Assembly (NCBI GenBank): GCA_045159875.1
Contig: CP067995.1
Coordinates: 1,856,001-1,920,000 of the forward strand
Length of the DNA: 64,000 nucleotides
Reading direction: 5' to 3'
From: a cyanobacterium endosymbiont of Rhopalodia gibba
Lineage (GTDB): Bacteria > Cyanobacteriota > Cyanobacteriia > Cyanobacteriales > Microcystaceae
Positions within the stretch are counted from its first letter, which is position 1, and every line of letters starts with the position of its first letter. The translations under genes were made by a program, and so were the position numbers. Shown here one piece after another: positions 11,918 through 23,272 of the stretch. A model generated the notes under the pieces. That model worked only from the letters and a program-made list of their open reading frames with translations. It did no database searches and had not been told where the DNA came from.

Positions 11918-13420
11918 ATGAGAATAAAACACGACAAATATATCCTGGCGATAGACTTAGGGACTACTGGGAACCGTGCCATTCTTTTTGATAAAGAAGG
12001 CGCAGTTGCTGGTCAAGTATATAAAGAATTAACGCAACATTATCCTCATCCAGGTTGGTTAGAACATGATGCAACAGAAATTTGGCAAGATACCCTTAGC
12101 GTTATTAATCAGGTTTTAGAGAAAAAACAAATAGAAATTACGGCAATTGCAGCTATTGGTTTAACTGTCCAACGGGAAACTTGTCTCTTATGGGATAAAA
12201 ATACGGGAAAGCCTCTACATAAAGCCATCGTCTGGCAAGATCGTCGTACTGCCAGTCTATGTTCTGAACTACGCGAACAGGGAAAATCCCAAGAAATTAC
12301 TCAAAAAACTGGTTTAATCCTCGATCCCTACTTCTCCGCCACTAAACTCACCTGGTTGATTAATTGGGTTAAAGAAAACAAACCCCTAGTCAACTTTGAG
12401 AATGTCATCGCTGGAACCATTGATACTTGGATGCTATGGAACCTAACGGGGGGTAAAGTTCACGCTACCGATCATAGCAATGCCTGTCGTACCATGTTGA
12501 TGAACCTCGATAGTCTAACTTGGGATCCAGATTTATTAGAATTATTTGGCATTCCATCAACTATCATGCCAAAAATTCAAGAAAGTATGAGTTTTTTTGG
12601 TAAAACTGATGCTGATATATTAGGGGCGGAAATTCCTATCACCGCTATTTTTGGTGATCAACAAGCCTCTCTATTTGCCCACGGTTGTGACCGCCAAGGA
12701 TTGCTTAAATGCACTTATGGGACGGGCTCTTTCCTGATACTACAGGCTGGCAAAGAAATCGTGCGCTCCAAAAATAAACTCCTTTCTACTTTAGCTTGGA
12801 CAAGAAATAACTCTGTTAACTATGCTCTAGAAGGAGCGATCTTTACCTCTGGAGCAGCAGTTCAATGGTTGCGTGACGGCGCAAAATTAATTAATAATGC
12901 GGCCGAAACTGAAACTTTGGCCCGTCAGGTTTCCGATACTAATGGAGTCTACTTTGTCCCTGCGTTGAGCGGATTAGGAGCGCCTCACTGGGATATGTCA
13001 GCTAGGGGAGCATTTTTGGGCATAACTGGAGGAGTTCAGCGAGAACACATGGTAAGGGCAGTATTAGAAGCGATCGCTTACCAAGTTAAAGAAGTAGTTG
13101 AAGCTATCAATAAGGAGTCAGGCACACAAGTAGCCCGTCTTAAAGTTGATGGGGGTGCTTCCCAAAATAATTTCTTAATGCAGTTTCAAGCTGATGCTTT
13201 GGGAATTCCCGTGGAACGTCCTATGATACTAGATGCCACTGCCCAAGGGGCAGCTTTTGGGGCTGGGTTGACTGTTGGGTTTTGGGACAGTTATGATACC
13301 TTGATTGCTACCCGTAAAATTGATCGAGTCTTCAACCCTGAAGACAATGCCCCTAAGGTTCAAGCTAACTTTATTCCTTGGCAACGAGCAGTAGAACGGG
13401 CTAAAAATTGGGTTCAATAG
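11918..13420 (+). CDS. glpK: Glycerol kinase
   Basis: IDLGTT, QRETC..WDK, AIVWQDRRT, DPYFSATKL, GDQQA, KCTYGTGSF, DGGAS.NNFLMQFQAD. Confidence 0.96.
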   Translation: MRIKHDKYILAIDLGTTGNRAILFDKEGAVAGQVYKELTQHYPHPGWLEHDATEIWQDTLSVINQVLEKKQIEITAIAAIGLTVQRETCLLWDKNTGKPLHKAIVWQDRRTASLCSELREQGKSQEITQKTGLILDPYFSATKLTWLINWVKENKPLVNFENVIAGTIDTWMLWNLTGGKVHATDHSNACRTMLMNLDSLTWDPDLLELFGIPSTIMPKIQESMSFFGKTDADILGAEIPITAIFGDQQASLFAHGCDRQGLLKCTYGTGSFLILQAGKEIVRSKNKLLSTLAWTRNNSVNYALEGAIFTSGAAVQWLRDGAKLINNAAETETLARQVSDTNGVYFVPALSGLGAPHWDMSARGAFLGITGGVQREHMVRAVLEAIAYQVKEVVEAINKESGTQVARLKVDGGASQNNFLMQFQADALGIPVERPMILDATAQGAAFGAGLTVGFWDSYDTLIATRKIDRVFNPEDNAPKVQANFIPWQRAVERAKNWVQ

Positions 13421-13438
13421 TATCATCCTTAAGACTAG

Positions 13439-13472
13439 ACCACTCCCCCGATACATCAGTCAGGGGAGTGGT
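13439..13472 (+). terminator. Hairpin downstream of glpK
   Basis: ACCACTCCCC/GGGGAGTGGT arms 18 nt after the stop codon. Confidence 0.6.
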
Positions 13473-13775
13473 TGAAGATGCTCAGAAAGTGAACTGTCCA
13501 TTATTCTTTGTCTTAAAAGTATGCTCAATATTCATTACGATGAATCAATATCGAGTAAGATTCTCATCTATAAATCTATTTAAGTTCATTTTTTTACATT
13601 GATATCTTTTATCTTTGTGCGACGCTGCGGCTTAGCCGTTTCTTATGTTTCATCAGAGCAATACAATCAATAAGAAAGATTCAACAAATTTAGGTCAGAC
13701 ATTGAAAATAGTACAATTCAAGGGAGGTTGTTTACCCTCTATTCGATATTGAACCCCTTTAAAATTATTAATTCC

Positions 13776-14160
13776 ATGACGACTACTATCGATAAAATCA
13801 AACTTACCCCAAAGGGGAGTGTGGTAAGTTATAAACCTTACTATTCCAAAGATAAATATGAAGTTCTCTGCCATGTGCTTTTTTTATATGATCAAGGTGA
13901 TCTAGAAAGAAAATGTCGTATTGAGGGAAGTAACAGAATTTCTTTTGTGGCAACGTAGTTGTCTTTAAGTCTCCTTCTTCATTAGCCTGTTGTCGAATTC
14001 AATTTAATCGGTAATGAGAACTTTATCTATAAGACTACCATTCTTAACTCAGAGTTTATTAACTTTCTCCTTAACGCGATTAAGACTTTTTCAGAAGCTC
14101 ATTTTGCCGATTTTATTAGAGTAATCTATCACAGATTACTGCACCTTAAAAAGTCTTCTT
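13776..14160 (+). pseudogene. ebsA: Type IV pilus biogenesis/secretion protein EbsA pseudogene
   Basis: MTTTIDKI...VVSYKPYY.KDK...LY.QG.LE..RIEG...I.FVAT then TAG where homologues have W; shifted frames continue with CRIQF, GNE..Y, NSEFINFL, DF.R..Y.RLL; located next to a pta-family gene as in other cyanobacteria. Confidence 0.82.
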
Positions 14161-14167
14161 TCTCATC

Positions 14168-14207
14168 CTTTTACAGCAGTTTACACAGTTGAAAACTGCT
14201 GTAAAAG
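14168..14207. terminator. 15-bp-arm hairpin after the ebsA remnant
   Basis: CTTTTACAGCAGTTT / AAACTGCTGTAAAAG, 10-nt loop. Confidence 0.6.
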
Positions 14208-14288
14208 CGTTAAGCGGGAAAGAAAAAGGTTAAGAGCAATGTTTGATAGATGCTACATCTACACCATTTCCTAAAAAACTGCCGTTGA

Positions 14289-15386
14289 ATGACATATTTA
14301 AGGAGTAACCTCGTGGCACTGTCAACAAAATATCTACTAGTTGGATCAATTGAAGCGTGCAGTGGCAAGTCTGGGACAATTATCGGACTTGCTCATCATT
14401 TAAAGCAAAAGGGGTTTTCTGTGGCCTATGGTAAACCCGTCGGAACCTATTTGGAAGATGGCTCGACTCTAGACAAAGAAGCTGATGTGCAGTTTATAAC
14501 TGATATCCTGGGCTTAAAATCGACTCAGATGCGATCACCTTTGTTATTTCTAGAAACAAAAACTGTTGAGAGACGCCTCAAAGGAAAAGATACCAAAGAC
14601 TATACCCAATTGTTAAACCAGTCCTATCGTGACATAGAAGCTGATGTGGTAATTCTCGAAGGAGCAGGAACACTATGGAAAGGAAGTTTATTTGGCTTAT
14701 CGGTAATGGATGTTGCTCATACGCTCGGTGCGTCGATTATGCTAGTCGCCCGTTATCATTCCCCTTTAGTGGTTGATAACCTTGTTAAGGCTAAACAGCA
14801 GTTAGGTGATTATCTGACAGGAGTGATTATTAATAATATTCCTATCGACGAATTTGAATCCACCCAAACCCTAATTAGACCTTATCTCGAAGGACAAGGA
14901 ATTAAGGTTTTAGGAATGCTGCCGTCGAGTAGTTTACTGCACAGCGTTAGTGTTCGTGAAATTGCCTACCAGTTGGAAGCAGATGTGTTGTGTCGTAGTG
15001 ATCGCTTAGATTTAATGGTGGAAAGTCTCACTATCGGGGCAATGAATGTTAACTCGGCGTTGGAATATTTTCGTAAAGGACGACATAAAGCTGTGGTTAC
15101 AGGAGGTGATCGCACAGACTTACAACTAGCTGCCTTGGAAACCTCCACCAGTTGTCTGATTTTAACTGGACATATTACCCCTCAACCTTTAATCATCAAC
15201 CGGGCTGAGGATCTAGAGGTCCCCATTCTTTCAGTTAATCTTGATACCTTACAAACGGTAGAAATTGTTGATAGCACTTTTGGAACTGTTAGACTTCAAG
15301 AACAAATTAAAATAGATTGCATTGAACAATTAATGACCGAGTATTTTGATTTTGATGGCTCGCTCCAAACCTTAGGACTTAGTTAA
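14289..15386 (+). CDS. Phosphotransacetylase-family protein (BioD-like N-terminus + DRTGG domain, no catalytic PTA domain)
   Basis: [35 protein letters not shown]; start may be the GTG at 14313. Confidence 0.85.
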   Translation: MTYLRSNLVALSTKYLLVGSIEACSGKSGTIIGLAHHLKQKGFSVAYGKPVGTYLEDGSTLDKEADVQFITDILGLKSTQMRSPLLFLETKTVERRLKGKDTKDYTQLLNQSYRDIEADVVILEGAGTLWKGSLFGLSVMDVAHTLGASIMLVARYHSPLVVDNLVKAKQQLGDYLTGVIINNIPIDEFESTQTLIRPYLEGQGIKVLGMLPSSSLLHSVSVREIAYQLEADVLCRSDRLDLMVESLTIGAMNVNSALEYFRKGRHKAVVTGGDRTDLQLAALETSTSCLILTGHITPQPLIINRAEDLEVPILSVNLDTLQTVEIVDSTFGTVRLQEQIKIDCIEQLMTEYFDFDGSLQTLGLS

Positions 15387-15472
15387 ATTGATGCGGGTGT
15401 ATAAGTTAACTAGTGTTGAACTTTACATTCGATGATAAAGGATTTTAGATTTAAGATTTTTTTTTTGCTAAT

Positions 15473-16894
15473 ATGATAGAAACCCCGGATAATCCCTTTT
15501 TTAATCTTAATTATGAACCCGTTCTCGAAAATCTGGGTGATGATTATTATGACCAAGTTGCTGCTGCTGAATTTCCTCAACAGATTCTCCGTTTCCGCAA
15601 TAATGAGTTACTATCCTTGTTCGGGTTATCTTCTGAAGCTGTATCTGATAATCATTTCATTGAAGCCTTTGGTAAATTCCAAGGAGTTCGTCCTTTTTTA
15701 GCCCTACGCTACCATGGTTATCAATTTGGGCAATATAATCCCCTTTTAGGGGATGGGAGGGGTTTTCTTTACGGACAAATACAGGGAACAGACAATCAGT
15801 TATATGATTTTGGAACTAAAGGCTCAGGTCAAACTCCTTATTCTCGTGGTGGTGATGGTAGATTAACTTTGAAAGGGGGAGTTAGGGAAGTATTAGCTGC
15901 CGAAGCGTTACATTCTTCGGGAGTAACAACATCACGTTGTTTAAGTTTAATTGAAACTGGAGAGAAGCTATGGCGTGGCGATGAACCCTCCCCCACTCGT
16001 TCATCAGTGATGATTCGTGTTAATCGTTCCCATATTCGTTTTGGTACTTTTGAACGCTTATTTTACCTGAAACGTCCCGATTTAATTCAGAAATTATTAG
16101 ACCATGTTGTTGATATTTACTATCCCGAAATTGGTCAATCTTCAGACCGTTACTCCCTCTTTTATAGGGAATTAGTCAAACGAGTTGCCAAATTAGCAGC
16201 ACAGTGGATGGCAGCAGGATTTTGTCATGGAGTATTAAATACAGATAATATGTCAATTACGGGCGAAAGTTTTGATTATGGTCCCTATGCTTTTATTCCT
16301 ACCTATAATCCAAAATTTGTTGCTGCTTATTTTGATGATGGCGGACGCTACAGTTATGGGAATCAATCGTTTATTTGTCGTTCAAATTTAGAGATGTTAC
16401 ATCTCCCTTTGATGACGGTCATTTCTCTGCCTCAGTTGGAAGAAGCTTTAGCGAAATTTAATGATTATTACCTCCAGTTTTATCAAGAATTAATCCTAAG
16501 AAGATTAGGATTTGATAATTTAATGATTACTGAGGGACGAGATTTAGTGGAAAAAACATTAGAAGTTCTAGAAGAAACCCAAATAAGTTATTTTGGATTT
16601 TTTAAAACTTTATCTCAACAATTTAATTATAGATGGCGTGAAGACAGTCTAACTATTTTAGAAAACAGAACATTACCTCCTGCTGATTGGCAAGGTTGGT
16701 GTAGAATTTATCATCGAATTCTAAATCAGTTACCTATAGAAATGATGAAAACAGTAAAAAATTGTTTACAAGTTCATAACCCCAAAATTAATTTAGCCAA
16801 AGAAACTATTGAAATAGTTTGGGAAGCGATTAGCTATAGAGATGATTGGCAACCTTTTTATAACCTAATTAAAAAACTACAATTGAAAGAGTGA
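15473..16894 (+). CDS. selO: SelO/YdiU-family protein adenylyltransferase
   Basis: [53 protein letters not shown]. Confidence 0.92.
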   Translation: MIETPDNPFFNLNYEPVLENLGDDYYDQVAAAEFPQQILRFRNNELLSLFGLSSEAVSDNHFIEAFGKFQGVRPFLALRYHGYQFGQYNPLLGDGRGFLYGQIQGTDNQLYDFGTKGSGQTPYSRGGDGRLTLKGGVREVLAAEALHSSGVTTSRCLSLIETGEKLWRGDEPSPTRSSVMIRVNRSHIRFGTFERLFYLKRPDLIQKLLDHVVDIYYPEIGQSSDRYSLFYRELVKRVAKLAAQWMAAGFCHGVLNTDNMSITGESFDYGPYAFIPTYNPKFVAAYFDDGGRYSYGNQSFICRSNLEMLHLPLMTVISLPQLEEALAKFNDYYLQFYQELILRRLGFDNLMITEGRDLVEKTLEVLEETQISYFGFFKTLSQQFNYRWREDSLTILENRTLPPADWQGWCRIYHRILNQLPIEMMKTVKNCLQVHNPKINLAKETIEIVWEAISYRDDWQPFYNLIKKLQLKE

Positions 16895-17034
16895 CTGATC
16901 TCTTCTTAAATCGTCTTTAATAATATTTTTCTATCTTCTATACAGTTTTTAAGAGAGAAGAGCCTAGCAATTCAATCAATTACATTGGTTAATAATCTTA
17001 AGGTTAGCGGACTAAAAATGTCTTTTTTGACTAA

Positions 17035-17071
17035 AAAGACCCAGCTATGACCACAAATTAGCTGAGTCTTT
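17035..17071. terminator. Hairpin between convergent selO and ssrA
   Basis: AAAGACCCAGCTA / TAGCTGAGTCTTT arms with one mismatch, flanked by A/T runs. Confidence 0.6.
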
Positions 17072-17090
17072 CTGAAGTTAATGTTGTTTA

Positions 17091-17475
17091 TGGAGCCGAG
17101 CAGAGTCGAACTGCTGTCCAGACTGGGTATTAACTGTCCGCTCATTCACAGGTTTAGTCCTTTTAATCCGCAGAACGGGAACCATTCTTTATCCCGAATG
17201 GTGGGATACTCTAGTAAGGTCTTTACCCAATAGCTAACCAGAGATAACTAGCGAGTGCATCCGTTGGGGTTAGGCTTCTAGAACTTAACGGAGTCACCCT
17301 AGAAGCGAGCGGACTCTTTAAGAGTTCAGTTATGCAGCTACAGCCACACGCTCAAACTTAACGATTTTATTCGCATTTACTTTTTTGTTTGAGCCTTGGA
17401 TTTACGAGAGGAGACTCACTCTCGACCTGAATCACGGAGGAGATTTCGCCAACCTGTCGAAACCGTTACGGCCCC
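17091..17475 (-). ncRNA. ssrA: tmRNA (one-piece); tag reading frame 17374-17330 encodes ANKIVKFERVAVAA*
   Basis: 5' GGGGCCGTAACGGTTTCGACAGG, 3' T-arm/acceptor GCAGTTCGACTCTGCTCGGCTCCA, cyanobacterial-type tag ending in AA-stop; TATAAT box at 17494-17499 (minus strand); terminal CCA not encoded. Confidence 0.96.
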
Positions 17476-19094
17476 TCGCTGATATTCTCTATAATTATAG
17501 ATTCTAGTCTAGGACATTGACAACCTAACAAAGGATGATTGTCCAATTTACTTAACCACTTCTCGTTTAGGACCGATGGCGTAAAAAACTCGTATGGAGT
17601 TGTCACTAAACCTCCAGTTATTGTAATTGCATTCTTATTTATGGAAACATTGTATATAAACATCCTTAAATAAACAATTATTTCGTATCTTTATATATAA
17701 GCAATTAGAGTTAAATTTATATTGCCATAACTAGTACTTCTTAAGAGTAACTTATTTAATAAAAACTTTGTTTTACTGTCTTAGTTAAATTATATCTATC
17801 TTTAGACACCCTTCCGTTAATTTCATGAGTTTTATTTCGCGCTATTCCTTTCATATTACATTTAGTCATAGACTATAAGGCTAAAAAATTAGACTTTATC
17901 TACCTCTTTATATGAAAATTTTTTACTTTTTATTTTTGGGATATATATCAATTATTATACTAACTTTTATTCGGTTTTATTTCGAGCTATTTTTTTAGAA
18001 AATTACGTATTATTCTAGAAATTAATTTGACTTATTTCTCTTCTTAAAAGTCAATAACTATTGATTTCTAGTAACTGACTTTTACCCTATTTCTAATAGT
18101 TCTTCTATCTATTTTCTATTTTTTTATCTAAGTTATTTTTCTCCTACTTTTCAAGAAAACCTACAATCTTTCTCTTGTTATAATTCTGGACAAAATTTTG
18201 GAATCGCGAGTTAACTCTGATAGGTTTTACTTTTCTAAGTCTATCAGCCAAATTTTGAGACAGGCTGAGATTTAAGATAATAACTGATTTTTAAATGCTT
18301 CTCTATTCTACATTTAGAAAAGCTCATCGACTGAGATAGTCTGCTTATCTGGAAGAATAATTCAACGGTTTAAAAATCTTTCCCTTCCAGATTAGGCCGA
18401 ACCGCTGTTTCATAGCAACTAACTTCGACATAAGTGAACCAATTACCAGAGTAATTTAAACATTTTCTAAAATCTACAATTTGTCATCTTTTAGTTCCCC
18501 ACACATCATCTTTATTAGTAGAGGCGCTAGCTACCAAGAAAATTAAATGAGTACAACAACTTTTTGTTCTGCCATTGCAAATTTTTTAGTAGTTACCTTT
18601 CTAGAAAGTAAAGTAATTTTATTAACAATAATAGCTGCCATTCTCGCAACTATCAAAAAAATTTATTTTTTATTTGGTTTGCTTCTAACACACTAGTAAA
18701 ATTTATAGATCTAAGTAGTTAGATGTCAATAAAAAAACCTGTTTAAAACAGCATAAAAAATAAGTAATTTGTCAAATAAAAGCAGTTTTAAATCAGATAT
18801 TTTACAATAAAAATTACGGATAAAATAGTTTAATTAATATTTAATAAATTGCCTATTTTTTATTCTATTAATTTTAATTTAATTTTTGCTTACTATTTTT
18901 TAAAACTATTATTAAAATAATATAAAAATATAATTTACTTAATAATTTATAGCTAAAAAATAAGTAGACAGTAATAAATTTATGTAAACCCTAAAATCTA
19001 TCTTTTAAATTACGCTACAAAAGCGTAATTAATATGAGTTAAATACTACTTTTGAAGTATTAGTGTTGTTTAGTTGAAATTATTCAATCTCTTT

Positions 19095-19134
19095 TTATCT
19101 TGGAAGTTTATTAGTTAATAAACTTCCAAGATAA
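19095..19134. repeat. Palindrome, 19-bp arms, 2-nt spacer
   Basis: TTATCTTGGAAGTTTATTA gt TAATAAACTTCCAAGATAA. Confidence 0.95.
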
Positions 19135-19239
19135 CTTTTTAAAAACTAGTCTAGACTCTGACTATTTTACTGTTTTTAGGGATTCATATATATTCAATTT
19201 TTCTTCTCTTTTCTGGATATATCCAATTGTTTTTACCAT

Positions 19240-19560
19240 TTTTATAGACAAACTATGAGTTACGGCTGACCAAAGAGCAAAGTCTGGTTAATCTAAATGC
19301 TTTAAACAAATTTCGTCCTCAGTTTTGCGGAGCATCTCATCGTCACATCAACCCAAGTTTTGACCCCAATGAATTTCTACGCTAATTCTCGAGGAACCAA
19401 TTTTAAATAAATGACAATTATTTCTAGCTTCCACCCCATTGCTAACAATCTAATCGCACTAGCTCTATCTTTTGTTTTTTGATAAATTTTTCTAGCTTTA
19501 CTTAACTCAAATAAAGACCCTTCTTTCTCCGATTTTGGAAACATGCTTAAAGCAGGAAAT
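19240..19560 (-). mobile_element. IS630-family transposase fossil (N-terminal HTH part)
   Basis: ..SLFELSKARK.. / KTKDRASAIRLLAMGWKLEIIVIYLK..DAP resembles cyanobacterial IS630 HTH ORFs (LFELR.A..RTKDRA.A.RL...GW....IA.YL...WDAPR); many stops. Confidence 0.65.
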
Positions 19561-19749
19561 AAAATTAGTTAACTCAAGTCCTTATCGCTAACCCTATTAA
19601 CATACTTTTCGTGATGATCGCTTTCATATCTAAAATATGTATTAACATAGTGTTGTTTGATTTATGTCCAAGCACCTAATCCCAGCAAAAAACAACAGTC
19701 AATTTCATAACTTGGTATAGTAAAACTACTAATGTGAACAGATACTACG

Positions 19750-20748
19750 GTGTTAGAACTGATGGACTTATATTACCCTCTGGGATTTTTACTGGTCTCA
19801 CTAACGATGGGGATTATACTCTATCTAATAACTCCTCGTCGTTATCAGTCCTCCAACACAGTGGCTAAATCCTACGATGAATGGACTCAAGACGGTATTT
19901 TAGAATTTTACTGGGGGAAACATATCCACTTAGGTCATTATGGTTCGCCACCCCGAAAGAAAGATTTCTTGACGGCCAAGTCTGACTTTGTGGATGAAAT
20001 GGCCAAATGGGGAGGGTTAGACCAATTGCCTCATGGCACTACCCTTTTAGATGTAGGTTGTGGCATTGGTGGAAGCAGTTGTATTTTAGCCAAAGATTAT
20101 GGGTTTAATGTAACAGGGATTACTATTAGTTCCCAACAAGTTAAACGTGCCCAGGAGTTAACCCCTAAAGGCGTTGATGTTAAATTTAAGGTGGACAATG
20201 CCCTAGCCCTTTCTCTTCCGGATAATAGTTTTGATGTAGTCTGGTCCATTGAAGCAGGTCCCCACATGGTAGATAAAGCCAAATATGCTCAAGAAATGAT
20301 GCGAGTATTGAAACCTGGCGGTTTGTTGGTCGTAGCTGACTGGAATCAAAGAGATGATCGCCAAAAGTCTCTTAATTTCTGGGAAAAACTTGTAATGCGT
20401 CAACTTCTAGATCAATGGTCTCATCCAGCATTTTCTAGTATTGAAGAGTTTTCTGAACTATTAGCAGAAACGGGATTAGTAGAAGGACAAGTAACAACAG
20501 CCGATTGGACACGAGAAACTCTTCCTTCTTGGTTTGATTCTATTTGGCAAGGAGTTGTTCGACCTGAAGGATTATTCCGTTTCGGTCTATCGGGATTGAT
20601 TAAATCTCTGCGAGAAGTTCCCACTTTGTTATTAATGGGTATTGCTTTTGGTAGTGGTCTTTGTCGATTTGGGATGTTCTGCGCAGTTAAAGTTAATTCG
20701 AGACAAGAATTAACCGAAGCCAACACGGAGGAAATGGTTCAAACTTAA
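19750..20748 (+). CDS. MPBQ/MSBQ methyltransferase (Sll0418-like; tocopherol/plastoquinone pathway)
   Basis: YDEWTQDGILEFYWG.HIHLGHYG, SAM motif LDVGCGIGGS, WSIEAGPHM, LLDQWSHPAF. Confidence 0.85.
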   Translation: MLELMDLYYPLGFLLVSLTMGIILYLITPRRYQSSNTVAKSYDEWTQDGILEFYWGKHIHLGHYGSPPRKKDFLTAKSDFVDEMAKWGGLDQLPHGTTLLDVGCGIGGSSCILAKDYGFNVTGITISSQQVKRAQELTPKGVDVKFKVDNALALSLPDNSFDVVWSIEAGPHMVDKAKYAQEMMRVLKPGGLLVVADWNQRDDRQKSLNFWEKLVMRQLLDQWSHPAFSSIEEFSELLAETGLVEGQVTTADWTRETLPSWFDSIWQGVVRPEGLFRFGLSGLIKSLREVPTLLLMGIAFGSGLCRFGMFCAVKVNSRQELTEANTEEMVQT

Positions 20749-21420
20749 GGAATTAATTGCCATCAATAAAAGGTAAAAATTAATTGTAAGTAAGTAGACT
20801 AAAATACTGCTAAGACAGATTTACAACGCCGTTCTATTGGTTATCATTAAGAGATACAAAGGTCAAAGCTGACTCCAAACCTAGACCTTGATGTATTGTT
20901 TTATGGAGATTGTCCGCTTATTATACATACCTATCAATTGATCAAGTTTGTGTTGTACAAAGAACGAAATGGCTCTCTCCCTCGAAACGTCTTTATAGGA
21001 GGGAATTGTCTTCGTCGACCACGATGATTGAGTACAAACTTGTGTTTATTTGATTCAGGTAAATGCTTTTAGCTCAATAAACCTAATCCAATGTGGCTAT
21101 AAGTTGCTTTTTAGTTAGAACCAAGCAGTGATAGTAAAACGAATCTTCAAGAGAAGAATTATCGGACTGTGCGTAAATTAAAAGACCATTAGGATTGACT
21201 AAAAAACTCTCTCAACAATTTTTTTTTAGAAAAAATTTGGCTTTTCTAGACTCAGTTATGATAAATCAGTGGTTAGTCTAGAAGAGTTATGACTTTTGGG
21301 AAAACCAATAAGTTTTACTGAATTAAAATAGCTATATTCATAATCTTATACCTCGTTGAGAATTAACTAGTCAACAGAGGAAATGGGGAACATTTCGACA
21401 AACTTAATGCCAACTCAATC

Positions 21421-21441
21421 TTTTAGAGGGTAACTCTAAAA
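21421..21441 (-). terminator. Short hairpin just after the mrdA stop
   Basis: TTTTAGAG ggtaa CTCTAAAA. Confidence 0.4.
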
Positions 21442-21445
21442 ACAA

Positions 21446-23272
21446 TTATTTCTTATTTTTAAAATGAGCTTCCATTACCTGACGTACCATGGGGGCAGCC
21501 ACCGACCCTCCACCCCCGCCGGAATGTTCAGCAAAAGCCACCACTACAATTTCTGGTTTGTTATAAGGAGCATATCCCCCAAACCAGGCATGGACTTTCC
21601 CAGGAGGAGCTTCTGCAGTGCCGGTTTTTCCTGCTACAGGTGGTAAATTTGGCGAATTTAATGCTTTCCCGGTTCCACTTGACACAACTCCCCGTAGTCC
21701 TTGTTTTAGGGTTGTAATAGTACTAGGTTTAAGATTCATAGACGTTCGCCATTTACTCACATCCCCGTCTCCTTTTAAGAAATGGGGTTTAACTCGATAG
21801 CCACCATTAGCAGGGACAGCAAACATAATAGCTACCTGTAGGGGAGTTGCCTGGGTGAACCCTTGGCCAATAGACATATTCACCGTATCTCCATCAGTCC
21901 ATCCCCAGCTGTAATTTTTTCGTTTCCAGGTATCATCCGCAATTAACCCTCGTGCCTCTTCTTCTAACTCGATGCCAGTTTTGTCTCCAAAACCATAGTT
22001 ACGTGCCCATTTGATTAAGTTTGGACCTCCTACCCCGCGGCCGATTTGTCCATGAAAGGTATTACTACTCCAGGCCATCGCTCGAACATAGCCCATCGGT
22101 CCAAATCCAGCCCTATTCCACTCCCCAAAAGCCGTTCCGCCAACATTAAGGTAAGCGAATGTATTCAAAACTATATTGGGGGGATATTTCTCTGTTTCCA
22201 TTCCGGCAGTCGCCGTGACTATTTTAAAAATAGAGGCAGGAGGAAATCCTCGTAAAGCGCGATTAACAAAGGGGTCTCCTTGACTACGCCATTTCTCCCA
22301 AGTTTCGGGAGTAATTTGGCTAGAGAATACATTGGGGTTGAAGCGTGGATAACTAACCATGGCCAAGACTTCTCCATCTCTTGGATCTATGGCAACAATA
22401 GCCCCTTTACGTTGACCTAGAGCGGATTCTGCAGCTTTCTGTACGTCTAAATCTAGGGTAAGAGTAACATCTTTTCCTGCCTTCCCAATTTTTTGCCCTA
22501 AGACTTTCACTACTTTTCCTCCGCCGTCTACTTCTAGCTGTAAGCCCCCCCATTCTCCTCGTAATTGTTGTTCATAAGCCGCTTCTACCCCCATTTTCCC
22601 TACAGTATCTCCTAGACGATATCCTTCGGAACGACGTTTAGATAATTGTTCAGCATTAAGTTCTCCAGTGTATCCTAAGACATGAGCTGCTAGGTCTTGG
22701 TTAGGATAATTTCGTACACTTTCGATATCGACTTCAAGTCCGTTAAGTTCACTTTTAAACTCTTCTAGGGCAGTAATTTGAGCAGGATTAAGACTACGGG
22801 CGATACGGATAAGAGTAGGGGAATTATAGCCTGCTTGTTTAATCTTTCGTTCAATATTATCTTCTGGAATAGATAAAAGTTGGGATAGGTAGCGTAAATT
22901 GTCTTCCCAGTTAGATTCTTTGATGACAACAGGCCAAAGATAAGCAGCATGAGTTAAGCGGGTTGAGGCTAAGACTCTACCTTTGCGGTCAAAAATATTA
23001 CCTCTCACAGGAGGTTTAGGAATGATACGAATACGATTATTTTCGGCTTTTTCCCGATAAACTTCTCCTTCCAACAGTTGTAGATAGACAAGACGTGACC
23101 CAATCCCCCCTAATAAAATTAAACTAATTAAGACCATAATTAGCCAAGGCTGGCGTTTTTGTCCGATAGTACGATTGGTTTTCTTTTGTCTTGTGTTATA
23201 AAAACCATGACTATCACCAAACATTGGTGTTTGCCATTTGGACTGGGAGTGGGAAGAATCGGTAAGCCGCAT
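21446..23272 (-). CDS. mrdA: Penicillin-binding protein 2
   Basis: N-terminal TM, RGNIFDRKG dimerisation domain, SxxK (ASIFK), SxN (SSN) and KTG (GKTGTAE) motifs. Confidence 0.93.
   Translation of the reverse strand: MRLTDSSHSQSKWQTPMFGDSHGFYNTRQKKTNRTIGQKRQPWLIMVLISLILLGGIGSRLVYLQLLEGEVYREKAENNRIRIIPKPPVRGNIFDRKGRVLASTRLTHAAYLWPVVIKESNWEDNLRYLSQLLSIPEDNIERKIKQAGYNSPTLIRIARSLNPAQITALEEFKSELNGLEVDIESVRNYPNQDLAAHVLGYTGELNAEQLSKRRSEGYRLGDTVGKMGVEAAYEQQLRGEWGGLQLEVDGGGKVVKVLGQKIGKAGKDVTLTLDLDVQKAAESALGQRKGAIVAIDPRDGEVLAMVSYPRFNPNVFSSQITPETWEKWRSQGDPFVNRALRGFPPASIFKIVTATAGMETEKYPPNIVLNTFAYLNVGGTAFGEWNRAGFGPMGYVRAMAWSSNTFHGQIGRGVGGPNLIKWARNYGFGDKTGIELEEEARGLIADDTWKRKNYSWGWTDGDTVNMSIGQGFTQATPLQVAIMFAVPANGGYRVKPHFLKGDGDVSKWRTSMNLKPSTITTLKQGLRGVVSSGTGKALNSPNLPPVAGKTGTAEAPPGKVHAWFGGYAPYNKPEIVVVAFAEHSGGGGGSVAAPMVRQVMEAHFKNKK

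Noticed and set aside
18200..18660. TTCGACATAAG resembling an IS982 terminal repeat
   Set aside because: No transposase motifs in adjacent frames; probably an unidentifiable gene remnant
20800..21200. Higher-GC stretch between the methyltransferase and mrdA
   Set aside because: Probably a gene or IS remnant, but no frame could be assigned
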